In this document: piece by piece, positions 1 through 10,501 of the stretch
Layout: each line of letters opens with the position of its first letter
Numbering within the stretch: the first letter of the stretch is position 1
IMG/VR virus record: IMGVR_UViG_3300024502_000010
Coordinates: 140,830-204,829 of that record
Length of the DNA stretch: 64,000 bases
Strand: one strand, 5' to 3'
Translations under genes and position numbers: made by a program
The notes under the pieces: model-generated
Database searches by the model: none
What the model was told of the DNA's origin: nothing
The model's input: the letters and a program-made list of their open reading frames with translations, nothing else

Positions 1-493
1 CGCACATGTGCCCACCAGTAGGTGCAGAAAGAGAACCCCTATGGAGTATGCCAATAACAACGGGCTTCCCAGCGTCCAAACTTTTATCAATATCAGCAAA
101 AGATAGATTGTAACTAAAGTGTGACTTAACGCCATAACCTGCCAGAACCTTCGTCTGTACGGCATGGTCCGTTGTATCACCAATCGCAAATACTTTCTTG
201 ACGTATTCATCGTCACCTTTAATGCTTCCTGGCTTGAGGAACGCAAGACACATAGCGCACGATGAAGAGTTGCAAGTTCTATGTGCATCTCTGTAGTTAT
301 CTACTTGATTGAAATATGGAACGTTTAGAACCGCTGGTGTAGGGGGTTTGGTTCTAAAAATTCCAATCCAATCTGTCTCCGCATCGTCTAAAAATTGGGG
401 AGGAAGATTATCTTCTAACCACTGAACCGCTGCAACATGATTTGAATTGCTATCATCATAAAACTTAAAAAAGTTATGAAGATCTAGGGTCAT
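1..493 (-). CDS. C39-like cysteine peptidase (3' end runs off window)
   Basis: Manual translation from ATG at 493: MTLDLHNFF...VPYFNQVDN...TCNSSSCAM...GKPVVIGILH...GGHMC; the PYFNQ / C-xxS-xAM / GH motifs fit Peptidase_C39-like; TATAAATA upstream. Confidence 0.7.
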   Translation of the reverse strand, partial: MTLDLHNFFKFYDDSNSNHVAAVQWLEDNLPPQFLDDAETDWIGIFRTKPPTPAVLNVPYFNQVDNYRDAHRTCNSSSCAMCLAFLKPGSIKGDDEYVKKVFAIGDTTDHAVQTKVLAGYGVKSHFSYNLSFADIDKSLDAGKPVVIGILHRGSLSAPTGGHMC

Positions 494-509
494 GGATTAT
501 CTCTATAAA

Positions 510-550
510 CACTGAAGATATTTATAAAAAAAGCGCCTTTTTGGGCGCTT
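510..550 (-). terminator. Intrinsic terminator followed by T4-type late promoter TATAAATA
   Basis: Minus strand AAGCGCC-CAAAAA-GGCGCTT-TTTTT then TATAAATA. Confidence 0.75.
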
Positions 551-558
551 GATTATCT

Positions 559-1086
559 TCAGGCAGTAACAGTTTCTCGAACCGTAGATTTTACATATTC
601 AAAAACATTTTCTGGAGTAGTCTCAACATAAGGATCTTCAGGGGCATTATCGCGCTGTCCTGGTTCAACAAACAGTTTCTCGATGATTCCGTTATCCACG
701 ACTGCAGCATAACGCCAAGAGCGATCACCGAAACCAAGGTTGGACTTACTAACAAGCATTCCCATAGAGCGTGTGAAATATGCATTTCCATCTGGAATGA
801 GTTTTACTTTCTCAATGTTCTGGTCTTGTGCCCAGGCATTCATCACAAACCCATCATTAACAGAGATGCAGTAAATAGCGTCGATGCCACTACCAATAAA
901 GTCGTCGTATTTCTCTTCGAATCCAGGTAGCTGATAGGCACTGCAAGTAGGAGTGAAAGCACCAGGCAGGCTAAAAATGACCACACGCTTTCCATTGAAT
1001 AGTTCTGCGGATGTACGATTTACAAACTCACTATTCTCACGGAATACAAATTGTACTTGTGGAACTTGATATTGCTCTTTACGCAT
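559..1086 (-). CDS. Peroxiredoxin (Prx5/PGdx type)
   Basis: FSLPGAFTPTCS active-site motif, CISVNDGFVMNAW, GDRSWRYA; likely start MRKEQ at 1086. Confidence 0.93.
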   Translation of the reverse strand: MRKEQYQVPQVQFVFRENSEFVNRTSAELFNGKRVVIFSLPGAFTPTCSAYQLPGFEEKYDDFIGSGIDAIYCISVNDGFVMNAWAQDQNIEKVKLIPDGNAYFTRSMGMLVSKSNLGFGDRSWRYAAVVDNGIIEKLFVEPGQRDNAPEDPYVETTPENVFEYVKSTVRETVTA

Positions 1087-1213
1087 TTTGACCTCTATCA
1101 AAACACACCGGGGATAATTTGACCGGTAGTAAGATAAGAACCAGCGGCTGCAACAAAACCAATCATTGCAAACCAACCATTAATACGCTCAGCTTTTTCA
1201 GTAAAAAGATTTT

Positions 1214-1492
1214 TCATTTGTTTTCTCCTTGATAAAGGTGGTGTTGTTTAAGTTCAGGATTTGGTTGTGAAGGAACAACTGGGTTCCTCGATTTGTTTTT
1301 AATTACGATGAAAGCATCGTTTTGGTAGGATACAGTTCCAAATGGTTTTGCCCATTTTGGATTTGCATTTGGACTGGTAGCAGTTCCTGTTACTGCTACT
1401 CCTCCAATCTCCACCGAGATTTCATCATCAGCATTCCACCCAAGTTCTTGAAGGGCAATTGCGAACTGCCCTAGCATACCAGCAGTGCTCAC
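1214..1492 (-). CDS. Hypothetical protein
   Basis: 92 aa ORF overlapping the petF stop. Confidence 0.7.
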   Translation of the reverse strand: MSTAGMLGQFAIALQELGWNADDEISVEIGGVAVTGTATSPNANPKWAKPFGTVSYQNDAFIVIKNKSRNPVVPSQPNPELKQHHLYQGENK

Positions 1493-1782
1493 AGATTCTC
1501 TTCCTGTTCAGTAAGAATTACACAATCACTTGTGGGATAAGCAACGCAAGTGAGAACCCAACCTTCTGCTTGTTGATCATCATCAAGGAACGATTGTTCT
1601 TCGTTGTCAACGGTGCCAGAAATGAGTTTGCCAGCACAGGCAGAGCAAGCGCCTGCCTTACACGATGAAGGGAGGTCAACACCTGCCTCTTCTGCTGCTT
1701 CAAGGATGTACTGGTCATCAGGACATTTGATAGTAGTTTCGGTGCCATCAGGGGATTGGAGAGTGACATTAAAAACGGTCAT
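1489..1782 (-). CDS. petF: Plant-type [2Fe-2S] ferredoxin
   Basis: [15 protein letters not shown]...[10 protein letters not shown]. Confidence 0.97.
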   Translation of the reverse strand: MTVFNVTLQSPDGTETTIKCPDDQYILEAAEEAGVDLPSSCKAGACSACAGKLISGTVDNEEQSFLDDDQQAEGWVLTCVAYPTSDCVILTEQEENL

Positions 1783-1868
1783 TAGTAAGTCTCGCAAATT
1801 TTTTCAACGGATGCTGCCAGTAAAACAAAAAAGGCAACTGATGTTATTGTAAAGATAGTTGAAGTCAT
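1782..1868 (-). CDS. 28 aa hydrophobic microprotein
   Basis: [28 protein letters not shown]; stop overlaps the petF start. Confidence 0.5.
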   Translation of the reverse strand: MTSTIFTITSVAFFVLLAASVEKICETY

Positions 1869-1877
1869 TGTCAAGTC

Positions 1878-2087
1878 TCAAACTACTCCAAAGAAGAGGT
1901 GCCCAGTGAGAGCATAAGAAATAGCGCCAGCAACAATGCCGACCATAGCCCAGCGTCCATTCATTTTCTCCGCTTTTTCTGCATAGGGTTCGATGCCATA
2001 ACGCTCAAGGTCTTCCTTGGTCATATACATCGCGGGTTCTTTGGCAAACATATTCATTTGCCCAAACTCGTTTTTTGTTACAGTCAT
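1878..2087 (-). CDS. hli: High-light-inducible protein
   Basis: AEKMNGRWAMVG chlorophyll-binding motif plus one TM helix. Confidence 0.95.
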   Translation of the reverse strand: MTVTKNEFGQMNMFAKEPAMYMTKEDLERYGIEPYAEKAEKMNGRWAMVGIVAGAISYALTGHLFFGVV

Positions 2088-2097
2088 TTTTCGTTTT

Positions 2098-2156
2098 ATT
2101 ACGAATTGTTACACAATTATATAGCAAAAATAAAGGGGTGTCAAGCACCCCTCGTA
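2098..2156 (-). promoter_or_regulatory. Sigma70 promoter of hli with HLR1-like (RpaB) direct repeat; -35 lies in the loop of the pstS terminator
   Basis: TTGACA-17-TATAAT; hairpin GAGGGGTG-cttga-CACCCCTT; ATTACGAA-TT-GTTACACA at 2098-2115. Confidence 0.7.
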
Positions 2157-2183
2157 GTCATTTATACCTAGTTTTGTTAGGAA

Positions 2184-3146
2184 TTACTGACCAATACGCC
2201 CAACAGCAATGCGTGATTTGTTGAGAACCGAACCTGCAAGAGGAACATAACCCAAATCATCAGCAATCATCTGTGCTTTTGTGCTCAAAGCATAGTTCAG
2301 AGCAGCACGGATATCATCAGTCTTAGCACCATTACCTTTCTTATATGCAAGGATCCAAGTCAGAGTAGAAATTGGATATGCATTTGTTCCAGAGGGATTG
2401 GGATTTTCGCCAGCAAGGTTTGCATCCAGAGTAATGCTATTCAGAGCAGCAGCACCAGTCACAGCGGAAGGACCGACAAACTTACCTGCCTTGTTTTGAA
2501 TAACTGCTGCTTTAAGTTTGTTGGCACGAACAAATCCAGTATTCACATAACCAATAGCACCAGGAGTGTTTTTGATAGTACCAGAAACACCTTCGTTACC
2601 TTTTGAACCAACACCAGTAGGCCAATTAATAGACTTACCTACACCATAAGTCCAACCACCAAATGCTTCCAAAGAGTTGGTGAATGCAAAAGTAGTTCCA
2701 GAACCATCAGAACGATGAACAACTTTCATCGGACCAGCAGCACATCCGACTTGCTTCCAGTCTTTAATACGACCAGCAAAAATATCAACAGTTTGCTTTT
2801 GAGTGAGTTTCAGAGTGCAACTAGGATTGTTGTAAGCAACAGCAATCGTTCCACCAATCATAGGGATCTGGACAACACCACGCTTCACTTTTGCCGCTTC
2901 TGCGGGTTTGATGGGTTCGTCACTTGCTGCGAAATCAACCGTTCCCGCAAGGAATTGACGAACACCAGCACCAGAACCAACGGACTGATAATTAACCCTA
3001 CTCCCAGAAGTTCGTGCATAATCTTGGAACCATCGTTGATAAAGAGGTGCTGGGAAGGTGGCACCTGCACCGTTCAAAGTAGTCCCAGCAAATGCAGCAG
3101 CAGGAGCAAGAGCAAGACTAATAGAAATAAAGTTTTTGAGTTTCAT
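2184..3146 (-). CDS. pstS: Periplasmic phosphate-binding protein
   Basis: GAGATFPAPLY, YQSVGSGAG, HRSDGSGTT; signal peptide. Confidence 0.97.
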   Translation of the reverse strand: MKLKNFISISLALAPAAAFAGTTLNGAGATFPAPLYQRWFQDYARTSGSRVNYQSVGSGAGVRQFLAGTVDFAASDEPIKPAEAAKVKRGVVQIPMIGGTIAVAYNNPSCTLKLTQKQTVDIFAGRIKDWKQVGCAAGPMKVVHRSDGSGTTFAFTNSLEAFGGWTYGVGKSINWPTGVGSKGNEGVSGTIKNTPGAIGYVNTGFVRANKLKAAVIQNKAGKFVGPSAVTGAAALNSITLDANLAGENPNPSGTNAYPISTLTWILAYKKGNGAKTDDIRAALNYALSTKAQMIADDLGYVPLAGSVLNKSRIAVGRIGQ

Positions 3147-3184
3147 AAAAAGTGAATAACTACAAAGAAATTCTAAAGGAAATG

Positions 3185-3214
3185 AAAATTAAAGTCCACT
3201 AAGAGAAGGTTAAG
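3185..3214 (-). promoter_or_regulatory. Candidate Pho box upstream of pstS
   Basis: CTTAACCT-tct-CTTAGTGG-ac-TTTAATTT; repeats spaced 11 and 10 nt, first unit is a perfect cyanobacterial PyTTAAPyPyT. Confidence 0.55.
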
Positions 3215-3216
3215 GT

Positions 3217-4509
<1,293 letters not shown>

Positions 4510-4528
4510 TTATCACACTTTCAGTTTA

Positions 4529-6025
4529 TCAGAAAGTAAATTTGGTTTGGATTACACCACCAAAGTTGGAAGAAGCATCAGTGAATGCTTGGTTGTTAGA
4601 AGCATAGAACACTGCAGGAGTAATAGTAATGTTATCGCTTACACGATACTTGTAGAATACTTCCCACATCGTTGCATCCTCATCCAGTCCTTCTGCATTA
4701 CCAGGTTGACCCACAGCAAAACCTGCAGAATTACCCTTGGCAAGTACATCACTCCACTGAAGACCAGCATACCAAGTTTGAGAATCGGTAGCACCAGCAG
4801 GAGTTGCTGCACCTTCAGCATTCAGACTTACAGTGTTCCAACCATAACCAGCAGATACCGAGGGAACAATGCCAGACTTAGAGGGTTGCCAGTAAGCACT
4901 CAGAGCATAACCGTTGGAGGTTTGACCTGGAGCAAGAGCACCAGAAGCACCAGCAACACCATTAAAGGTGCGAACACGAGTGCCTTCAGTACCATAACGA
5001 TAACCGAATGCAATACCGTAGTTAGGAGCACGATAACCAATCTGTGCCAGAGTGTTCAGGGCACCCTTTTCGTTGAACTCACCTTTGGTGGAATCGCCAC
5101 CATTTTGAGCAACATAGTTCAGACCAGCAACAAAACCTTTCTTACCTTGTGACCACTGGGCACCAAAACCAGCACCAGTTGCCTTGTTATAGACGCCAGG
5201 AGCACCAGCAAGTTGGAAGAAGTCAAGAACTTCCGACTTATATGCAGTAGGAATCCAGGTCATTTCAGTGTTACGAACCAGAGCACCAGCAGTCAGAGTT
5301 ACACCCTTAGCAAGTGCAGGGAACTGATAGTAGAGACGGTCGAGAGTAACTGCATTTGCGGTACTCTCTGCCTTATCCAGTTTGAACAGAGAAGAAGAAG
5401 AACCGAAGGGTTGACTGGAGAAGTTGCCAGAACGCAGACGAGTGCGGAGCAGATCTTTACCAGTGAACGATGTGTCAAAGTTCAGGCGAAGATCATAGTT
5501 GAATGCAGTATTACCAACATTCGTACTTGCAGTTGAACCGGGAGTCCAAGCATTATCTACACCACCAAGAACAAAGTTTGCTTCACCGCGAAGTTTTGTG
5601 GTGGTAGAGAACTGAGTTGCTTCAAGAGCACCTACTTTGGTTTCCAAACTTGCAACCTTACCTTGAATAACAGTGAGTTCATCACGGAACTCATTAGCAA
5701 GACGCTTGAGTTCATCAGTATTTTCTGTTACGCGATCCAAGCAAGCATTCAGAAGTGCTGCTGCCTCATAGCGAGTCATTGCTTTGCCACCACTGAAGGT
5801 GCCATTTGGATAACCAGCAACGCAACCATAACGCTCTACAAGGTTGCTGAGTGCCTGATATGCCCAATCCGTAGGTTGAACATCAGACAGTTGTGAGACG
5901 CTTGTGACCTGCTCAGAGGTTGCATATTGGTTGACTGCTGCCATGTTAAGGTCTGCCGCATTCGCAGCAACAGGAGCAACCATTCCCAGAGCAACAGGTG
6001 CAAGCATCAGTTGTTTGAGTTTCAT
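4529..6025 (-). CDS. Cyanobacterial SLH-domain outer-membrane porin (Som/OprB type)
   Basis: Signal peptide, SDVQPTDWAYQAL...TRYEAAA SLH domain, QFSTTTKLRGE, C-terminal F. Confidence 0.95.
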   Translation of the reverse strand: MKLKQLMLAPVALGMVAPVAANAADLNMAAVNQYATSEQVTSVSQLSDVQPTDWAYQALSNLVERYGCVAGYPNGTFSGGKAMTRYEAAALLNACLDRVTENTDELKRLANEFRDELTVIQGKVASLETKVGALEATQFSTTTKLRGEANFVLGGVDNAWTPGSTASTNVGNTAFNYDLRLNFDTSFTGKDLLRTRLRSGNFSSQPFGSSSSLFKLDKAESTANAVTLDRLYYQFPALAKGVTLTAGALVRNTEMTWIPTAYKSEVLDFFQLAGAPGVYNKATGAGFGAQWSQGKKGFVAGLNYVAQNGGDSTKGEFNEKGALNTLAQIGYRAPNYGIAFGYRYGTEGTRVRTFNGVAGASGALAPGQTSNGYALSAYWQPSKSGIVPSVSAGYGWNTVSLNAEGAATPAGATDSQTWYAGLQWSDVLAKGNSAGFAVGQPGNAEGLDEDATMWEVFYKYRVSDNITITPAVFYASNNQAFTDASSNFGGVIQTKFTF

Positions 6026-6055
6026 AAAATTATTTTTTATGTACTATAGGACAAA

Positions 6056-6122
6056 TGTTAAGAATTACAACTGAATTCTTAAGTACTTATTTAGTATAGA
6101 GAGATTCTTAAATTTTGTCAAG
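6056..6122 (-). promoter_or_regulatory. Porin promoter with downstream palindrome
   Basis: TTGACA-17-TATACT overlapping late-type CTAAATA; TTAAGAATT-7-AATTCTTAA inverted repeat. Confidence 0.65.
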
Positions 6123-6933
6123 TGTTTTGCTGAGAAGTAGAATTTTCGGTTATTCTCCCCAGATATGGATCATAATCCATGTATTCTTCTATTTTAATTT
6201 TAGAACCATTTTGCTCCCAAAATTCGGAGAGTGCAGTGTGATTTCCTTTATGAAAAATATCAACATGTTCCGGATGAATAGATGATCCAAGTTCAATTCT
6301 ATAAAAGAGAAGAGGAATTGAATATGTATTTCCAGAATTATAAATCAAATCATCCGCAACTGGACGAGGTTTGACTCCATTATCCAGTTTATATTTTTCT
6401 CCACGGACATGGAACTTCAATAACTTTTCTGCATGATGTCTATTAATAAGATAGCAAGCTGTTGAAAAGTCATTAACAAATCTCTTATGCAATCTAACAT
6501 GCAAATCACCAGTACAAATGATTGCGATTTGAACTACATCCCAATCATATGGAATATGTGCATAAAAATCTGACCAATTAAAATCCCAGTATTTCACCAA
6601 ATCAAGATTACAATCATCTTCCATGATGATTGCATATGGACTATCTGAGGTTTCATACCAATGCTTTATTGCCTTAAGGTGAGATGTAATACATCCAATC
6701 TCACCCGATGTCATATTTTCAGGATAGCGACCTATTATAATATCACTTAAGTCATCTTCACGACCATCGTATGCAGAGATGCGTGTATAATTTTCAACTT
6801 CCCAATATTTAAATTGGGACTCCATATATTCTCTCCTTTCTTGCTGTCCATCAAGATTAAGATAATAAATGGGTCCAATATTTTTTAGTTTGTATGCTGA
6901 TTTATTCTTATCCAATTTATTAAAATCCATCAC
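6118..6933 (-). CDS. Glycosyltransferase family 25
   Basis: YYLNLD..ERR, ISAYDG, GEIGC..SH, IMEDD. Confidence 0.85.
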   Translation of the reverse strand: MMDFNKLDKNKSAYKLKNIGPIYYLNLDGQQERREYMESQFKYWEVENYTRISAYDGREDDLSDIIIGRYPENMTSGEIGCITSHLKAIKHWYETSDSPYAIIMEDDCNLDLVKYWDFNWSDFYAHIPYDWDVVQIAIICTGDLHVRLHKRFVNDFSTACYLINRHHAEKLLKFHVRGEKYKLDNGVKPRPVADDLIYNSGNTYSIPLLFYRIELGSSIHPEHVDIFHKGNHTALSEFWEQNGSKIKIEEYMDYDPYLGRITENSTSQQNT

Positions 6934-8084
6934 AAATCAATCCAGTATACCTCTTCATTGGGAATTCCATCAACCACAACTCTATCTCCATATTTTGATT
7001 CTAGGAAATCTTTTACTTGACCAAGAATTGCTTGATTGTCAAGTACATATACTTTATAACCCTCATCGAGAAGGTCTAAGCAAAGACGATACTGCTGACT
7101 CTCGGTAAGGATATCAGTTCCTTCTTTATATGAAATGTAATGAAAAGCAAATGGAATTTTATTCTCGTTCTTTTTGATAAAGTAGGTTTTCAAAAACTTT
7201 GCGTGTTCATTATTAAAGTCATCAGTTGTTTTTCCAAGGTTATATTCTAAACCAAGTTTTTTTGCATAAGCAGCAAAAGAACGATTGTCTCTTGGTAAGC
7301 ACGGACCACCAAATCCATATCCATATTTCAGATATTTACTACCAACTCTTGTATCAGAACCGATTGCTTTAAGAACATGATCAATTTCTTCTTCAAGACC
7401 AGCAAGAGACATGACTTCGCCAACCATATTTGCATAACTAATCTTGGTAGTTAAGAAACAATTGACTGCAAGTTTAACTAACTCTGCAGCAGTCGTTGAC
7501 ATAAAATAAATTCTTGGTTCTGTTACTTGAATTCTATTATAAATTTCTTCAATGAATGGGCGATACTGACCTTCGGGTCCACCAACAAGGACCATATCTG
7601 CATTCTGCAGGTCCTTAATAATATTTCCCTGAGCAATAAACTCAGGATTATAGTAAACATCTACGCCATAAGCATTGAGTTGGGATTGAAAATTATCACA
7701 ATCACCCGGATTAGTTGTACATCCAACTACAAAACATTTACCTTTAACTTCAATCCCAAGGTCTGGAGCATTTTGAATATCATTGATAACACCCCAAACA
7801 GCACTAACATCATAACTTCCGTCAGGAAGAGATGGCGTCGCTACCAGAGTATAAAGAACATCACACTCTCGGATAACATCATAGTTTCCAGTTTTAAATG
7901 TAATATTCTTTGCTTCAGAAAGAAGTTGCTGAACTTCTGGTTCGTGAGTATCAATGGTTCTTTGTAGAAGACCATTTACATAGTCTTCTCTAACATCAGA
8001 GGCTACAACCTCATAACCTGCTTTTTCTAAAAGAAGGGCAAAGCAAATACCAAGTCTACCTGCCCCAATAACTCCTACTTTCAT
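6930..8084 (-). CDS. ugd: UDP-glucose/GDP-mannose 6-dehydrogenase
   Basis: GVIGAGRLG, YNPEF, AELVKLAVN, GYGFGGPCLPRD. Confidence 0.9.
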   Translation of the reverse strand: MKVGVIGAGRLGICFALLLEKAGYEVVASDVREDYVNGLLQRTIDTHEPEVQQLLSEAKNITFKTGNYDVIRECDVLYTLVATPSLPDGSYDVSAVWGVINDIQNAPDLGIEVKGKCFVVGCTTNPGDCDNFQSQLNAYGVDVYYNPEFIAQGNIIKDLQNADMVLVGGPEGQYRPFIEEIYNRIQVTEPRIYFMSTTAAELVKLAVNCFLTTKISYANMVGEVMSLAGLEEEIDHVLKAIGSDTRVGSKYLKYGYGFGGPCLPRDNRSFAAYAKKLGLEYNLGKTTDDFNNEHAKFLKTYFIKKNENKIPFAFHYISYKEGTDILTESQQYRLCLDLLDEGYKVYVLDNQAILGQVKDFLESKYGDRVVVDGIPNEEVYWIDL

Positions 8085-8854
8085 TTTAGTTTTGCTGTAA
8101 TAAGTAAATGCCAACCAAGATTTTTTTCAAGAACTCTAAACATTTCCGGAGGCATGGATTCAAACCAAGGTTGTCTCACATACTCACCATTCTTATAAGG
8201 TTCTATTTGATAGGGGAAGATATGATCCTGTTCAATTGATAGAACTTCATATCCATCCAACAAGTCTACCACATCTTGCTTAGTATATGTATTAGCGATT
8301 GGACAACCATACTGTGCTTCTGGTTGATCAAGACCAGACTCAATCATATAATTTTTCCAAGAGTCTTTTGCATAAAGCATAATCTTGAGAACACTATTCT
8401 CGTTCATATACTTTTTAATCTCAGAAATAATCTTTTCTGGGTGAGGACTATGATGAATTACCCCAAAAGAATAAACCAAATCATAAGTCTCTGCAGGGAC
8501 AAAGGTTGAAAGTTCTTCAGCGTTTCCAGAATAAAACTTTCCAGTCTGCTCAAATACTTCAAATCTTTGTTTAGCAAGTTCAAGACTTGATTCAGAAAGT
8601 TCTACTCCAGTATAATCTGCCCCATTAAGAGCAAAGTTCAAACCAACTGTAGCAAGACCACAACCAATCTCTAAAACTTTTTTACCTTCCCATTTGGAAA
8701 ATTCAGTGAAGTCAAGGATGTGAGGTTCAACAAAAAATTTCTTTCTTTCTACCTCATTAAAATATTCTTTAGTACCAACCTCTTTTGAAGAATGTCTGAC
8801 ATTGCAGGGACGATCATCCCAAAACTTTTTTACTTCGGTAATTGTTGCAGTCAT
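8081..8854 (-). CDS. Class I SAM-dependent methyltransferase
   Basis: VLEIGCG motif I, DLVYSFGVIHH. Confidence 0.9.
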   Translation of the reverse strand: MTATITEVKKFWDDRPCNVRHSSKEVGTKEYFNEVERKKFFVEPHILDFTEFSKWEGKKVLEIGCGLATVGLNFALNGADYTGVELSESSLELAKQRFEVFEQTGKFYSGNAEELSTFVPAETYDLVYSFGVIHHSPHPEKIISEIKKYMNENSVLKIMLYAKDSWKNYMIESGLDQPEAQYGCPIANTYTKQDVVDLLDGYEVLSIEQDHIFPYQIEPYKNGEYVRQPWFESMPPEMFRVLEKNLGWHLLITAKLK

Positions 8855-9735
8855 AATGGAATATTGAAATTATAGTCTACTTTAATTGTTGACGGATAAG
8901 TGAAACACCAAAAATTATCTCTCACATAGGTCAAATCAGTTCTCATAAATGAAGCAATATATGAAAAAGCACTGTTTGCCATAATAAAGCAATCTGAGTA
9001 TATCATATGATATAAGTCACTGATTGGATGTTCATCTATATGAAGTTTAACTTCAAACATTTCTGTTGTTAGATTTACAAATTCTTCAAATGAATTAGTA
9101 AATCCCTGAGAGTAAATATGAAGAACTGTCTTCTTATTATAATATTTTTGTTTCAACCTGTCAATCAGATTCAAATATCTAGAGAAATCTCTCTCATAAT
9201 TATAAAGTTCCCTTTCGGTTGAAGAGGCATCAACATCTTTTGGATTTTCCGTCCTTATATGTAGGGCAATATTTACCTCATCATTATTGAAATATTTTTC
9301 TCCACTAAATCGCAAATTATTCTTTGCCTCTTTTACTAACTCTTCAGTAAAAATTATATCAGAATTCTGCTCACAGAAACACATCATGGGCCAAGTTGCA
9401 CCATGCTGAGGAAGTTCAATTAAAATTTCTTTGTTAGTATTTCTATTTTCTGCAATAAAATTTACAAGATTTTGATCAAAAGAAAAACCTCTAATTATTT
9501 CATCTGGATTTTTTAACTTAGGAAAATTAAAAAACTCTTCAAATGATTTGGACCAAGATTCACTGTCACCAGTATAATCAGTATACTCAAAGTGAGACAG
9601 GTCTTTAACTCCTGAAAAAGAAAACTCAACTCCAAAAAATTTGGAAACAAAACTGAGCATAATGGGGTACATCATCATAGCACCCGCACCCTCAGTTTTA
9701 TTTCCGTTCATGTCCAACGATAAGTGTAAAGACAT
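8851..9735 (-). CDS. Divergent GT11-like (GT-B) glycosyltransferase
   Basis: IALHIRT and DLYHMIYSDCFIMANSAFS resemble GT11 motifs. Confidence 0.55.
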   Translation of the reverse strand: MSLHLSLDMNGNKTEGAGAMMMYPIMLSFVSKFFGVEFSFSGVKDLSHFEYTDYTGDSESWSKSFEEFFNFPKLKNPDEIIRGFSFDQNLVNFIAENRNTNKEILIELPQHGATWPMMCFCEQNSDIIFTEELVKEAKNNLRFSGEKYFNNDEVNIALHIRTENPKDVDASSTERELYNYERDFSRYLNLIDRLKQKYYNKKTVLHIYSQGFTNSFEEFVNLTTEMFEVKLHIDEHPISDLYHMIYSDCFIMANSAFSYIASFMRTDLTYVRDNFWCFTYPSTIKVDYNFNIPL

Positions 9736-9742
9736 ATAATAA

Positions 9743-10501
9743 TTACAGAGTAAAAGTTGGAATAGGAATCATTTTATGTTTGTTTTGAGTATTAAATCTT
9801 TGCAGAATCTTTACTGCACTGCCCGTCCCAAATTCCATTGCCTCTTCAAGTTCTGCGTAAGAAGCACCAATTTGAGATTCATCACTTCTACCATCTTCCC
9901 AAAGTCCATCAGTAGGAGGTGCAGAAATAATCCGTTCATCAACACCAAGATGTTCCCCCAACATCCAAACCTCAGTTTTATACAGGTCGGCAATAGGAGC
10001 AATATCTACTCCACCATCACCATACTTAGTATAGAATCCTACACCATAATCTTCAACCTTGTTCCCAGTACCAACTACAATACCACCAACACATCCAGCA
10101 ACTTGATACAAAGTAACCATACGAATGCGTGACTTTGTATTTGCATTTGCAAGATTATTCTTGGTAAACTCTCCTTCCCCTGTCCAGAAATCAAATGACT
10201 TCATAAGTTGATCGTATGTACCAGTCAAATCAATTCTAACTTTAGTTACATTATCATACTTATCTTCCAATACATTGGAATAAGAATCAGATAGTTCATC
10301 ATTTTTAAAAGATGAATGAAGAGGCATAGACAAAACATATGTTGGAAGTCCTGTCTCGGCACAGAGAGTAGAGACAACGGCAGAATCAATTCCACCAGAG
10401 ACTCCAACTACAAGAGATTTAATATTATTCTCAGAAGCATAATTTTGAATCCAAGAAACTATTTTATTTTTTAATTCTGAGTAATCATTAATACGGTTCA
10501 T
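9743..10501 (-). CDS. nadE: NH3-dependent NAD+ synthetase
   Basis: VGVSGGIDSAV, NTKSRIRM, GTGNKVE, GFYTKYGDGGVD, PIADLYKTEV, PPTDGLW. Confidence 0.95.
   Translation of the reverse strand: MNRINDYSELKNKIVSWIQNYASENNIKSLVVGVSGGIDSAVVSTLCAETGLPTYVLSMPLHSSFKNDELSDSYSNVLEDKYDNVTKVRIDLTGTYDQLMKSFDFWTGEGEFTKNNLANANTKSRIRMVTLYQVAGCVGGIVVGTGNKVEDYGVGFYTKYGDGGVDIAPIADLYKTEVWMLGEHLGVDERIISAPPTDGLWEDGRSDESQIGASYAELEEAMEFGTGSAVKILQRFNTQNKHKMIPIPTFTL

Noticed and set aside
6056-6090. Pho box upstream of the porin
   Set aside because: CTTAA units are 21 nt apart and form an inverted repeat, not 11-nt direct repeats
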